From positions 26,846,001-26,910,000 of the forward strand of contig OX597836.1 in NCBI GenBank assembly GCA_951406725.2: a stretch of DNA of 64,000 nt. Direction: 5' to 3'. A program made the position numbers and the translations under genes. Origin of the DNA: Octopus vulgaris. Lineage: Eukaryota. Shown here in pieces: positions 63,976-64,000 of the stretch; within the stretch, counting starts at the first letter, position 1, and each line of letters starts with the position of its first letter. The notes below the pieces were generated by a model. That model was not told the DNA's origin. It saw nothing but the letters and a program-made list of their open reading frames with translations, and did not search any database.

Positions 63976-64000
63976 TCTGTGTTTGTTCCCCACCACTGCT

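Overview
AT-rich, repeat-dominated eukaryotic DNA with no prokaryotic features. The repeat families and dense (TA)/(TAA)/(CA)/(TATG) microsatellites look like an octopus-type cephalopod genome (inference). Most ORFs in the supplied track are microsatellite or antisense artefacts. One host gene is supportable: a minus-strand, divergent torsin-activator (LAP1/LULL1, TOR1AIP-like) type II membrane protein. It has a terminal coding exon at 39422-40477 and a phase-compatible candidate first coding exon at 55051-55140 encoding an NLS-like MPRRKKRRR. The rest is nested mobile DNA: a 5'-truncated RTE LINE with a PHD-type zinc finger inside its RT domain; CR1, Tx1/L1, R4/Dong, Penelope and mariner relics; several tRNA-headed SINE families (labelled A, B, D, E, F here for convenience) and RTE-tail elements; and Merlin-, piggyBac-, hAT-, pogo- and MULE-like MITEs. 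The most notable observations are four minus-strand hammerhead-ribozyme-like motifs (one with a G3:C8 core swap), a 5' U4 snRNA retrocopy in a strand-consistent (TAA)n insertion hotspot, a SINE tail shared with a Tx1 LINE, and a tandem piggyBac-MITE array inserted into a SINE head. All alignments and folds were done by eye. Boundaries without a stated TSD/TIR are approximate.
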